Assembly: GCF_006345805.1 (NCBI RefSeq)
Contig: NC_043001.1
Location: 45,136,001-45,200,000, forward strand
Direction of reading: 5' to 3'
Source: Octopus sinensis
Taxonomy: Eukaryota
Length of the DNA stretch: 64,000 nt
Shown: positions 13,111-26,109 of the stretch, in pieces
Layout: the number at the start of each line of letters is the position of its first letter
Position numbering within the stretch: position 1 is the stretch's first letter
Translations under genes and position numbers: made by a program
The notes under the pieces: generated by a model
Seen by the model: the letters and a program-made list of their open reading frames with translations, nothing else
Database searches by the model: none
Told to the model about the DNA's origin: nothing

Positions 13111-14956
13111 CTTAGTCTACAAAATTGTAAATAACAACAACAGCAACTGGAACACTATATGACTAACAAGTGTTCTAAGTGCTGTTCTCTTATCTAATTA
13201 TGAGTATAACTTTAGTAAAGATAAACCTGTAAGGGAGTCTCTACATGGTTGGTTGCCTTGTTAGAAACAGCAATCAAAACTCCATTAAACCATATACAAC
13301 CATCTTAAAAAACAAAAAGATATATTATGCCTAAACAAAAAATGGAATGGTCATGGGAGTATTGCTTTTGACCATTACTTTTCATTCAGGGCTAACCTGG
13401 AACAAAACAATATCAATTTGGAAAGAGAAGACTTGACACATTAACTTCCCTGGCCATACATAGCATTAAAGCCATGTATAGCATATAGCCAACAATGTTT
13501 ATAATTTTTCAATGTGCACAGTTTAGAAAAGAATGAACTTTACTAGGTTGGTTTCACCAAGTTACAAACATTAGTATTAACCAGGTATGACCATAATTTA
13601 ATCTTTCTAATCTTTTATGGTTAGCATGGAAAAGATTGGGCTTTTATAGGTTGGTTTATTCAAGATACACAAACGCTGCAGTATATCATGTATCACAATG
13701 AGGGAGCCTCCACATAAGTCACTCAACCTACTATATATGAAAGCCAAATCTCCCTCAAATCACACCCGATTGTCTTAAAAAAAGAAGTTAAAATGAATAA
13801 TGTCATTGATATATTTTGTCTGAAAAAATAAAGGGATGGCTTGGCTGGAAAGCCTTTAACTCAATCATGGTTAACCTTGGACCAAACAATGATGACATGT
13901 GCATAACAATATAGAATGAACTACCAGTACGTTTCAATTAATTATTAAAATAACTCACTTTTAAGATGTAGTTATTAGGCATGGCTGTGTGGTTAAAGCT
14001 GTTTAATTACATGGCATGGCACTTTGGGTAAGTACCTACAGCAATTGCCTTGGGTTGACCAATGTCTTCTGAGAGAAATTTGATAGAAAACTCTGTGTGT
14101 GTGTGCATGTGTGTGTGTACATGCATGTGCATGCACAATGTATATGTATGTTGTGCATATGTAAATTTCTTCAGGTATTTAAGTTTGTAAAAGAGTGGCA
14201 TTAAACTTTAGGGTTGAATATAATTGACTGAAATCTCAAGCTTTCCATATAACTGTAATAGTTCAATTAAAGCTTCAATTTTAATATAGCTGGTCCAAAC
14301 TAGGAAGATACCAGCTTTTCTTTTTAGGACAGTTAAGCAGTTTGGTGACTCACCCCATTTCAATAAATGAATATTATTTCAAAAAAAATTTTAATATTTA
14401 TTTTTTTTAGTTGAACAGACAAGTTTTTCTTTGGTTATAAATAATACAACTTAATTCAGTCACTTTACTACTGGTGTAAAGCACTTTTTTCTCCTGTTTG
14501 TGTATATGCGTGTATGTAAAGAGATAGCAAAAAGCAACAGACCAACTGACATGACAAGAACCATAGCTTACCAATTACGCTACAGGGAACCTACCTCACC
14601 CTCCTTCTCAAATTAAAAACTGAAACCTATTATTGCTTATATTAATATGTATTAATCACCTTTCTTTCTCTTTTACTGGTTTCAGTCATTGCACTGTAAC
14701 TATGTTAGGGTAATACTTTCAAGGCATTTCACTAATTATATCACAGAAGAGTAAATACCACAGGAAATTTAATAAAATATTACATGGGACACACACAACA
14801 ATCCCTCATAAACTCAACAATTACATGAAACTAATGCAAAAGACAATAGATATATATATATATATAATTATACTCTGTAAATAACTTAGTGATTCACCAT
14901 ATTGCACATTCTGTTCTGAGTTCTATTAGAAATAGTCATCTTGATTTTTTGATTAA

Positions 14957-14991
<35 letters not shown>

Positions 14992-15377
14992 TAGTGGTGC
15001 TCCAGCATGGCCACAGCTTAGTGCTGAAATGTATAAAACACACACACACACACACACACATAGAACAGTTTTTCATGTAGTTTCCCTTTTAAAAAAATTT
15101 CACTTAGAAGGCATTGCCCAAATTTGAGGCTGTAAAGAAAGATATTTGTCCAAAGTGTCATATAGTTAAATTGACATAGGAACAACATTACTGCAAAGTG
15201 AATTTCTTACAGAGACTACCAAAACATCATTAATAATCCATTAAATAAAAATGATTGATAGAGAGACATTAACATAGAGTCATTTTTATTCCAGTTTTCA
15301 TGGAAAGAATGCCAAGAAACTATATATTAATATTAAATGTTTATGATTATCTATATGTAAAGAAATATATATATGTA

Positions 15378-15419
<42 letters not shown>

Positions 15420-15422
15420 TAA

Positions 15423-15590
15423 AATACAAAATGGGACAAGAACGCAAAACATCCAGATAGACAATACAAAGAATACAAGGACGGGTCATTCGAAGTTTTC
15501 TATCCTCAGTCAAGCACCAGATTATCCACGCAATTTCGGCTGATTACTCTTGAGATTGCTCCAATTTGGCCAGCCCCAAGGAAAAACTAA
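15423..15590 (-). repeat. Interspersed repeat fragment inserted in (TA)n; possibly a Penelope-like terminal repeat
   Basis: CpG-containing block flanked by TA repeats; minus strand GGCTG...CAGCC-GAAA and a separate CTGAGGA, i.e. parts of a hammerhead but not in working order. Confidence 0.4.
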
Positions 15591-15645
15591 TATATATATA
15601 TATATATATGCGTTTGTATGTATTATTTAACCATCATTATCATCA

Positions 15646-15682
<37 letters not shown>

Positions 15683-16446
15683 GGTCATTAGATTGGCAGA
15701 ATTGATAGTGCTGGAAAAAAGGATTCTTGGAATTTATTCCAACTATTTATATATTTTGAGTTCAAATCTCACTAAGGTCACTTTTGCCTTTCAAAGTACC
15801 AGTTGGGTACTGAGGCTGATTTAATCAAATATTCCTTCCTCTTACTAAAATTTTTTTTTAGTTTGCTTTGCCTTATTAAAAACAATTATCATCATTTTTA
15901 AAATACATATTCACATTAAATTTTAAACTTCTAAACAAAAAAAATTAATTTCAATTAAGATAAATGAAATTAATAAGCTTTTAACAGGAATGGAAATTTT
16001 TCTTCATTTAGGTTAATGTTTGTATTAAGTTAGTGGGAGGGTTGAATATATTTGCAAATACATTTATTGACACAAACACACACACTTTTTGTCAGTTCAT
16101 TTTTAACCATAAAAGTTAAGGCCGCGCTAAGGCATTGTGTGTGTTAGAGAAAGAGAGAGAGAGAGAGTGTGTATGTGTGTGTTTCTCCAGAAAGCAATTT
16201 AAAGACAATGATAAACCATAAATGAAAACAAAAATAATTAAGTATGTTAACTATTAATGAAAGAAATTAATAAATTTGAAAGCCAAAAACAAAAAGAAAG
16301 AATAGATGAACCAAGAAACTACAAAATCAAACCACATAAAATTAGTACTAAAATAAAGAGGACTTTTCCTAAATAGGGAACCAATTATTACTATTATCAT
16401 TATACTTTTCAATATAAACTAATGAATCAGGTGTAAAATGATTCAC

Positions 16447-19400
16447 CTGTATTTTCTTGGTCTGGCTGTGAAATAATCATTTCCTGTTCTGCAGTTGTGG
16501 TTGTTGTAGTAGCACTAATAGTAGTTGTTGCATTAGCAGTTGTAGTTATTGTAGAAGTAGTAGTAGTAGTAGCTGTGGTATTTGAAGTCATTTGTGGAAG
16601 TGTTCTTTGCCAGTTGTTGTTTTGTAGTTCGTTTTGCATTGTGTTGACAATATTCATTCTGTGAGTATCATTCAATAAAACTGGTTGAGTTTGTGGTGTT
16701 TTGACAGTGTTAACTCCATGAATGCCAGCTGATAAATCTGGTTGATTAGATAATACATTTACACTAGCTCCAGATGTGCTATGAGATAGCTGTGACAAAT
16801 TAGAGGGTTTAAATGGATTTGATGCAAATGTGTTAAGAGGCCTATCTGATGGGATAGCAGCTTTAAATGGATTCATTCCAGAAGTGTTAAGAGATAGATT
16901 AGGTTGACTAGATGTTTGAAAGGAGTTGATACTAGACCTGCTTGGAGATATATCTGATTGACTAAATGTTAGAAAAGGATTTACTCCAATTGTTGTGACA
17001 TTAGACTGGTTATATGTATTTAATGGATTAACTCCAGATATGTTTGTAGATATATCTGGTTGGCTTGATGTTTTAAATGGATTTATCCCAGATGTGTCTG
17101 GGGAAACAGAGTAGTCATATCTTTTAAGTGGGTTTATTCCAGATATGCTTGGTGGCAGATCTAGTACAGGAGATGTTTTTGCTGAGGTTATTCTACATAT
17201 ATGAGGTGGTACACCTGATCTAGCTGCTTTAATAATGCTTATACCTGATGTACGAGGAGGAACCTCTGGTGGTTTAGATGCTTTTTTCACTATCTTACTA
17301 TCAGATGACTTAGGCAATAAGTCAGACTGATATGAAGTGGAAATTTCTGAGCTGGCAGGAGTATAGAAGGGGTTAGAACTTAGTTGGAGGGAGTGACTAG
17401 TTGTGGTAGGTCTTCTACATTCAGTTGTCAAAGAAATTGAATTGGGTGAAATGACAACTGAACTTAAAGTAGACCTGTCTCCAATTGTGTTAGAGATAGC
17501 CTTATTTTCTTTAGAGTTTTCTACAATATTTTGGGGATCAACTTTACTATTTGTATAGTTATTTTGCTTATTTGAAATCCTATGAGGCCTTCTATTACGT
17601 GAGCACAACAGTTCAGAAAGTAAACACTCTCCATTTAAATTATTAATGTGGTTTCTTATTAGTTCCTTATCAGCACTGTCAAGCCCTTGAATAGTTAAAT
17701 TTTCATCAATTTTGTATATTTGGTTATTTTCTGATTGAAAATTACTAGCACTATATGTATCTTGAATATGATTTGGAACTTGCTCTTGAGGTTCAACATG
17801 TTCCAATGGCTGCATAGGTGCTTGCAAAGAGTATGGCATTGTAAAATTAGGATGATAGCCATCTTTAATTTGATTTAGATTTTTGTTGTCATCATGCAAA
17901 TCTTCAGATTCCACAGGTTGGCTCTCTAATAAATAATCCTCTGCTTCATTTCCAGTGTGGAAAGAAGGTACAGATAAGGATTTATATAATCTCTGTCCTT
18001 GTCTCAAGTCATCATCAAAATAAACAGAATGATCATCTGTTGGAAAAGGTTTGTCAGGATAAATATCATAGGGGTCAAGTGACTGCATTAGAAAGGTTAC
18101 TTCTTCCCTATCTAATTCATCAATAGGTGGAGGAGAATCTGGAGGTGAAGAATTTAAAACTGGAACTTCAAAATACTGGTCTGGTACATCAAAAAGAGAT
18201 TCCCTATAAAATTCATTATTGTCTTTGACAAAACTCTTTACATCACGGATATAAAATACTGGATTCGCAGTATCATCATTATTCCTTGCTGTAGAATTCT
18301 GATGATCTTTGTTCCCATTTGTTAGAGGTGCTGTGATCTGATTGTAATCATTTTCAGTTTGGAAAGGATTGCAGTTTTCCTTCTGAGAAGATGGATGAGA
18401 ATCAATGGCAGTCATGTTATTCATGACACTGTCTTTGTTCATTACTGTTAACTTTCTATCATGCTTAAAAGACAGGTTTTCATGTGGATTTCTTGTAGAT
18501 TCTTCACAAAATTGATACTTACTGCCATTGAAATGAATATCATTTTCAGTTGAAGATGAACTAAAAGATGATTTATTTAAACACTCATTTGCATGTGGTG
18601 AACTTAATGTCAAATTGTTATGAATTGCTGAAATAGATGAATTATTTTCTGGAAAATTTCCATGAAAGTCATTGCTGCTGCTGTTGGTGTTATTATTTTC
18701 TAAATTCTTTGAGAAATCAAAGAAAGAGTCTCTGCATGATGAAGACCTAGTCAGAACTGGAGAATGCCTCTCACGTTTATTTTCATAAGGTGCCGATTCA
18801 GAACGAATGTGTAATGATTGCAAATTTAGGCGAGGCAATGACCGAGCATGTTTTACATGAATTTCATATAAATGTGGAACTTCTTCAATATTAGTACCAT
18901 GAGTAGGTCGGGGTGTGTATGATCCCAAATTGTCTTTTTTTCCTTCTGTAAGAACCCTTGGTAAAGTGTTGCTTGCAAAACTGTGTTGTTTTGAGTTGGA
19001 ATTACTTTTGGCACATTTCAATTTCTGATCTTTGTTCTCATTATCAAGTTTGGTATATTTCATACATAGATTCTTAACTGACTGTGATGACTTTATTTGA
19101 CCTATCTCGGCATGTTTCACAGGTTGGTCTCTGTTAACACCTTTACTGTAAACTGCAAATCGATCTCTAAAAGGTTTTTGAAGCTTCAACCCTTGGTCCT
19201 TATTTGGATTCCAGTGATTTTGGACAGGATGTAGAGAGCAATAGAATTCTCTTTTGCTTTGCGCATCATTTAATTCCTGGTAGAGTTGGTTCAGCATGCG
19301 AAGTTTTTTAGGAGGAAGCTTATTATAGTTATTGTTGTTTGGTTCAGACACAGCAGCACTAGAAATGCCATAGTGATTCTCAAGAACAGAAATCTGATTG

Positions 19401-20191
19401 AGTATGTCAAAGTTTTTCTTGAGCTTTAAAAATTTCTCAGATCTTTTCGAGGAATGTAGTATTCCAGCAGCATAAGACTGATAGGTATGATGATCTATAC
19501 GATTAACAGGGTCATTACTACTAGGTTTGTGCTTGGATCGCTCCTCCTTCATTTCCTTCTGTGAGTTCCATAACTGGGCACCAAGCTGTGAAGCAAACTG
19601 TTTGTAGTTTGCTCTATTTTCTTCAAGAAGTGATATTTCTTCAGATACATTTCTCCTATACTGATCTTCATGTGCAGAATCTTTGACATCTACAAATTTT
19701 GATTTATGAGCTAGCAAGCTGTCAGTTTTCACATGATTACTAATATTAGCTTGGTTTGATCTGTTCTGAGACCTATCATTGATAGAAGAATTGTTAGATT
19801 TAGCTAAATCCTCCTCAGTATAGTTTTGATCTCTTGCACCCATTTCAAATCTAGTCATGGTATCATCAAAGGGAAATGTACTTTTAGGCACACTCTTCTG
19901 TTGATAAGCTTCAGAGTTTAGAGAGTAAATGTTAGTATTTTCTTCATTACCAGTGTATAGAGAATCACTTGTATCTTTGTCTATACTGAAGAAAGATTGT
20001 TGGTTTGTGTCATACTTATACAATGTTGGGCTTTGCATTTTATTAATAACATTACAAATGATGGAGTTGATGAACAGGTAAATGAAAGTATTTGATATTT
20101 TGCTAATGTGTTGCGTATTAGATAATAACAGAGGCTGGATAAAGTATAAAGGGTCCTTATATCTCATATTATCATGTGTTTTTGTTATTAT
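16447..20191 (-). CDS. Giant (~3.7 kb) internal coding exon of a large minus-strand gene; Ser/Asn-rich, mostly disordered, with conserved-looking islands; tentatively a CAP/SORBS (sorbin and SH3 domain-containing) adaptor
   Basis: 1246-aa ORF 20167-16427 in otherwise stop-rich DNA. Donor ACAG|GTGAAT at 16447/16446 (phase 1) lies just before the ORF stop, so the gene probably continues downstream. The 5' boundary is ambiguous: acceptor TTTCAG at 20191 (phase 0, CACTAAT branch-like site upstream), TATCCAG ~20134 (phase 0), TCTTTCTTCAG at 19985 (phase 2), or initiation at MQSPTL. The block YQSYAAGILHSSKRSEKFLKLKKNF..LNQLYQELNDAQSKREF..WNPNKDQGLK resembles a segment I recall from long invertebrate CAP isoforms (memory-based, needs BLASTP). 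Confidence 0.85.
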
Positions 20192-20661
20192 CTGAAATTC
20201 AGATATTTAGGAGACACAAAATAATTAGTGCACATTTCTAGGAGATGAACAAGATATGTTTAAAAAAATGGAGCTGGAAGCAGAATCATTAATCTTTCAT
20301 AAATTATTGTTTGTATATGTGTATAATTACATGGAGCTTCCCAGAATGGTAGTTATGAAAGGGATTATTGTTAGTCTATAAGCCAGACTGGAATCTAAAT
20401 AATATTAGCAAATGAGGGGAACAACAGAACACAAGCTTTTCTATTTCGTGCTCTTTCCTTCCTTTTTCTTTTTTTGTACTAGAATGGGTCTGAGAATGGT
20501 TTGATAATGGGGCTGGAAAATGATGTATGTTATTGGTTGTCATAGTAACAACAATCATCATAGCACAGTAAATAATTAGTTAATTCTACAGCTCAACTTT
20601 ATATGAAGTCAAGTAATCAATGTACTATGCTTAATGAGGCGAGCCATGCAAGCGGAGAAAC

Positions 20662-20685
20662 CTGACATCAATAATTCCAAACTCT
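20662..20685 (-). CDS. Candidate 24-nt microexon (EFGIIDV in the phase-2 frame), or the true acceptor of an extended giant exon with UTR
   Basis: Textbook acceptor CTAAC-ATTTGTTGCCTTTTTTTATTGCAG (branch site ~25 nt upstream); donor CAG|GTTTCT is weak. Confidence 0.35.
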
Positions 20686-23600
20686 CTGCAATAAAAAAAG
20701 GCAACAAATGTTAGTGCAAGATATTAAAAAAAAAAAATTAAAAACAGAAGAACAATCCAAAAGATGCATTTTTTTTTTGTTAAATTTCTAAAAAAAATTT
20801 CAAGTTATTGACTTCATGCTTGGAAACAGAACAAGCCATGCACCATCTGAGATGTGTTATTTACAATACATATTAAATTCAAAATGCAGACATGCTAATA
20901 TAACATTAGTAGCTTGTACCAAAATTTAATAGTATTTATCATATGGGAACCTTCTACAATCTTTACATTTTAAGGCTCATATAGGTTATTAAAGAGAGAG
21001 GACTGAACCTAAAAATCATAATGTAGAAACAAAAAAATGATAATAATGGAAACAGGTATGACATTCAAATATTTAATTCAAAATAGATTTTAAAATCAAA
21101 ACGATATTAAAACTACATTATTTTTCTTATTAGTTCCAATCATTTATGGAACTATCAAAAGATAAATAGCCGTTTTGAAGGATGATGATCTATAAAAATG
21201 AAGAAATTTATACATAACTTTCTGATCAGAAGAATTTTTTTCCGTAATAATTTCTTCTTTAAGCACAAAACCAATTCTTGACAGATATAGGAGACAGTAG
21301 AATCCATACAGTATTAATCCATGACGATAAGGATTTCTAACTTTAGCATCAGGATTTGAGCTCAAAATATGAAGAGGTGTCAGTTATAACTATTTTTTTA
21401 CTGATTCTGCTACCTGCTGCCATTAGCCCATTTTTGGTGATCAATTTAGTAAATTATCATTATTATTATTATTACTATTATTATTATTATTATTATTTTT
21501 TTTTTTTACTCATCTATTCCTTCTTAGAGTTAGTATAACTAATGTCTTTCTCCATACAATCATGAGCTGTTCTCTGATATGTTTTGAAGAAAAAAACATT
21601 GAAAAAAAAAGACTAAAACTACAATAATAGGAATAATGAAAGGAATGAGGTTGTTTGTTTTACTTGATTTAATTTCAAAGTTAACTCCATTTCAATATAA
21701 TATTTCAAAACAAATCTTTTTCTAAACACATAACAAGTAATTTTTTTTCTTTAATTTCAATTACAATAAAGTCACATAGCCTGATGCTTATCTCTATTTT
21801 TTGTAACATGAAGCCAATGTGAGATAAATTTTTCATTGGATACCTTTCCCTACAAGAGAAACTGAACTTTGCACTGTGAGATCATAACTGATTGAATTAA
21901 CAATGCAAAGAGCAGCTTGTACTCTGTAGACTAACTTTACAGCTATGTGGACTGTACCCTTTTGAGAGTTAATTAAGTGTTCTTTTATGGACATATCCCT
22001 GGTAATGAGATGATGGAGTCTCAGTTAATGTTTGGTACACTAGAAAAAACAACCAAATCTTCCTAGAGCTATGTAGTACTATATGAAAAGAAGGTGGTTT
22101 TGTTACAGCTGGAACACATTTCATAACATATCTTCTCAATCAGGACAGATCTGGAGCTAAACAGAATGACACAGGAAACAAATTGCCAACATCTTTGCTG
22201 TTTGTCTGTTACCCTATTCCCTAGACATCTGCACTCTATACACACACACACACACACACACAAAAGAAAATGGAAAAATTGAAAAATATACAAGTTACAT
22301 AATCAAAAACACACATAATTATTAATATGCCCGGGACAATAAATTAAACTGCATATGGTGATGAAGCTCTAATTTAAGAGTTCAGGAGGTTTGCAGGGGT
22401 TATAGAGCAGTTATGGGCAACTTGCAGTTCATGTGGTTTGTGGGATTTTCTGAATGGTACACCTAACTAAAAATTACCTTGAAAGTTTTTAAGTAGTGCA
22501 GCCTGCCTAATGGTTAGCCATGTCTCATATAGCCTGCTTCTTGAAAAAGGTTGCTCATGTCCAGTATAGAGCTACCTTTAACCACCACTATTGCCAGCTC
22601 TAATCTGGCCTGGAATGGTTGTAGCTGTCACAGGCTCCAGTCATGGGTCAAATAGAAGAATATAGTCCTGGGGTTAAGGTTTAGAAGAGTCAGAAGAGGG
22701 CTGGTTCATAGACTTGTGCTGTGCTGACTCAAGTGTGTGGACATACTCTGATGTCATGTGATTTAGTCCCTCTGCCAAAGGGTTAAATAGGGTGTCTACC
22801 ACAAGGATAAACTTAGGACAGCAGGAGACTAGGAAAGTAAATGGTTAGAAGAATAAAACTGTAAATAAACTGGTAGAAAGTAATGGGAAACTGCTGTTGT
22901 ATCTTTTCCAAGAAAAATTGTCAATCTTCAAATTTTGGCATAGAAGACCATGATCACCAGCATTTACAACAGATGTGGTACATGAAGAGAGAATAATTAA
23001 TAGTCAAGACCACTAAAAATATATAATATAGATTAACAGGACTGGTTTCTAATTAAGCTTTTTTTTTAATAACATGGTTGTGTCCAATATTAGAGACTGT
23101 GAGACTAGTGTAAGCTATCTTCAAACTGGAGATTGAGTAATTGAGTGACATCATTAAAGATAGCCAACTGCCAGACATTGATGTTAAACCAGTTGAGAGG
23201 TTTGTTTCTACTGATAAACACCATCATTAACAATTCAATCTTATAGTTTAAAAATGCAATACATTTGAGCTGCTTATACTCACTAATTGCCAATACAGAT
23301 CACAACTAGTATTCACAGACTTTTTGTTTAGTTTGTTATTGTTGTTTAGCCCCCTGGTCATCCTGGAATCCAGCAGACCTATGATTAAAAGTGCTCTGGC
23401 TGATCATCCCATTTTTGTTTTTGAACAGAGTGTATCTGAGTCTATATTATCCAATATACCCTTCCCATTTTAAAGCAGTGAAATATGATTTGAAGAGGAT
23501 TAGGGTGCTACATCTTAGAGATCAAGCAACTACATAGAAGTTCTCTTATTATTTTGCTTTAGTCCCACTTAACCCCTGTCTGATCAGACCATAATCCAAG

Positions 23601-23849
23601 AAAATCCAGCTGTGACCATTGTAACTTGTTTCAGGCACATTATACTTTGGACTTCATTATCCAATGTGATCATACTTTCGGGTGTGATACAAGGGAAATT
23701 TAGATGTTAATTCTTTTAGATTGAGTGATTGAGTAAAAGCTCATTTGTTTATTTGGTGTTACTGACACATTACTTTTGGAGATATAATGAATTTAAAATA
23801 ATGTGGGCCTACATTGATTACATTGTTCTGGGTATGACTTTAAAGTGTA

Positions 23850-24360
23850 TCCAGTAGTGGGGCCCTGATTCGGGAATTCCAGGGTTTTGAGAAGTATTGA
23901 ACTACCTCTCAGCCACTATGATTCTTAGATCTACACTGAATCAGTATAGTAGTACCTGCCAGAGTCCCAGTAATGAGTTAATTAGCATGTCATGAAATTG
24001 CCTGCAGAAGGGCATTCATAGTAAACCCAATGAACCCAGGGCAGATGAGACCCTTCAGCTCTTGAGATTCTCGTCTAAGGTAAATCCATCTAAGGTAAAT
24101 ACAATCTATCTTGCATTGTGATAACCACTGGGCCTTGTGAGATTTATTGCACCAGACTGATACAAGTTTGAAGTACAAGAGAGTGGGGAGTAGGTCTGCA
24201 CAAACCATGTCTACTATAATGATATTCATTGTGCAGATTATTCAGCAAACCAGGATACCAGCACCACTCTTCTCCAGAAGTCAAATGACACAACAATACA
24301 ACAAAGTAAGAACACAGTGCAGCTCTGGCATGCTGAACCCTCATTCATTGAAGTAACAAT
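23850..24360 (-). mobile_element. Decayed RTE-like LINE 3' end
   Basis: GC-elevated, broken frames, tail GACTCTGGCAGGTACTACT...GTGTAGATCTAAGAATCATAGTGGCTGAGAGG resembling mollusc RTE tails I recall. Confidence 0.45.
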
Positions 24361-24942
24361 AGAGTCCAAACTGTAGATTACATCTTAAACCAAGATGGCA
24401 CAATTGCAGTTTGAATATCTTTAGTCATAGGCTTATTGGATAAGGGTTGATCTAGAAACAAACAAGCAACAACAACAAAGAACTTCAATATAGTTGCTTG
24501 ACCTGCTAGAAATAGCAGTCAAAACTCTCCCCAATAAAGTTATTAACTTAAGAAAGAAAGGATACATTGAATAATATATACTTGAAAAAAAAATTACAGG
24601 ATAATGGAACATTTTTGATTGTAGGCCTACTTGATCAGAGATGATCAAGGACTAAACAACAAGAGTTAGATTCTTCCTAGTTAGTTTTACCATTTCATGA
24701 GCCTTTGCATTATTTTATAAGAATGCATTTATATACTCTTTTACTCGTTTCAGCCATCCGGCTGAGGCCATGCTGGGGCACCGCATATATAATCATAAGC
24801 TTTAACATATTCATTTAAGCGGTTTGACACTCCCCACATGCCATACCTTTTCATATATTAGCATTTAAAGGTGTAATTTTGATTAAAGGAGGGCTTGTAA
24901 AGGAGAAAACAATCCAAATACCCACTAATCAGTAACACAACA

Positions 24943-24951
24943 ATGATGATG

Positions 24952-24987
<36 letters not shown>

Positions 24988-25038
24988 GTAATAGTAATAA
25001 TAATAATAGTAATAATAATAATAGTAATAATAATAATA

Positions 25039-25108
<70 letters not shown>

Positions 25109-25110
25109 TA
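24943..25110. repeat. (TAA)n microsatellite with TAG interruptions, 5' flank of the R4/Dong element
   Basis: Read directly from the sequence; source of the poly-Ile start of the ORF at 24943. Confidence 0.95.
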
Positions 25111-25997
25111 CGGAGCTCAGGGCTAAAGGTAGAGAGTGAAGGCTCTATCTTGGCTGCCCAAGATCAGAGTTTACTGACCCATAACTATCAAGCCAATGTT
25201 ATGAAAAATGGTGTAGACCCAAAGTGCCAATACTGCAACAATGGGATAGAAACAGTTGACCACCTAATCTCTGGATGTAAGGTTTTAGCACTTGTAGAGT
25301 ACAAATCAAGACATGACAGAGTTGACCAATATCTACACTGGATGTGTTGGCATCATAAAATCAAAATTGCTGACAAATGGTACAAGCACCAACCTAAGGC
25401 TGTAACTGAGGGAGAAAATGTAACTATTCTTTGGGACTTCCAAGTATGTACAGACTGGACCATCAAGGCAAATAAACCAGATATTGTTGTGAAAGACAAA
25501 AGCAATAAAGTCTGTTTATTGATTGACATGAGCATACACTATGACCATAATATCTCAGCAAAAGAATTTGATAAGCTCAGAAAATATAAAGATTTGCTAA
25601 TCGAAATCAAAAAGATGTGGCATCTCAAGACTGTTACAATACCAGTGATTGTAGGAGCACTTGGAATGATCAAAAAAGGAATTGAAAATTATTTAAGAAT
25701 GATTCCTGGCTTACCATGCATGCAGGAAGTGTAAAAGATTGCCTTAACTGGTACATCACACATATTGAGAAGAGCATTGTCGCTGTGAATTTTCTTTTCT
25801 TTCCCCCATTTATTTGTTTACTTTTCTATTTTTTATTTTTTCCTTTTTCTCTGTCTTCCTCCTTTCCTCTATCACATTACTCTATAAATGAACAATCTGG
25901 TGTGTTTGCTTTAATGGCCTACCAATGTATACAGTACATTTCTCTGCCCTAGGTGTCACTTGGCAAGAAATGGAAACAGAATTGTAAGAAGATGCTA
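25111..25997 (+). mobile_element. 5'-truncated, inactivated R4/Dong-clade non-LTR retrotransposon (restriction-like endonuclease C-terminus plus 3' UTR)
   Basis: CCHC knuckle CQYCNNGIETVDHLISGC, RHDRV, WDFQV.TD..IKANKPDIVV, LIDMSI, KLRKY, IPVIVGALG. Nonsense codon at 25732 and a frameshift before KIALTGTSHILRRALSL*. Flanked on both sides by (TAA)n. Confidence 0.9.
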
Positions 25998-26060
25998 ATG
26001 AAAATAATGATAATAATAATAATGATAATAAGGATGATAATAATAATAATGATAATAATG

Positions 26061-26109
<49 letters not shown>

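Noticed and set aside
20036-20167. First ~43 residues of the 1246-aa ORF as the true N-terminus
   Set aside because: Composition (FIYLFINSIIC) is unlike the rest and several acceptor-like AGs lie within or around it; left unresolved rather than accepted.
21144-21365. 73-aa minus-strand ORF just upstream of the giant exon
   Set aside because: Overlaps a decayed SINE head; no convincing splice sites.
24943-25110. Poly-Ile N-terminus of the 263-aa ORF
   Set aside because: Translation of (ATA)n fused by chance in frame to a retrotransposon fragment.
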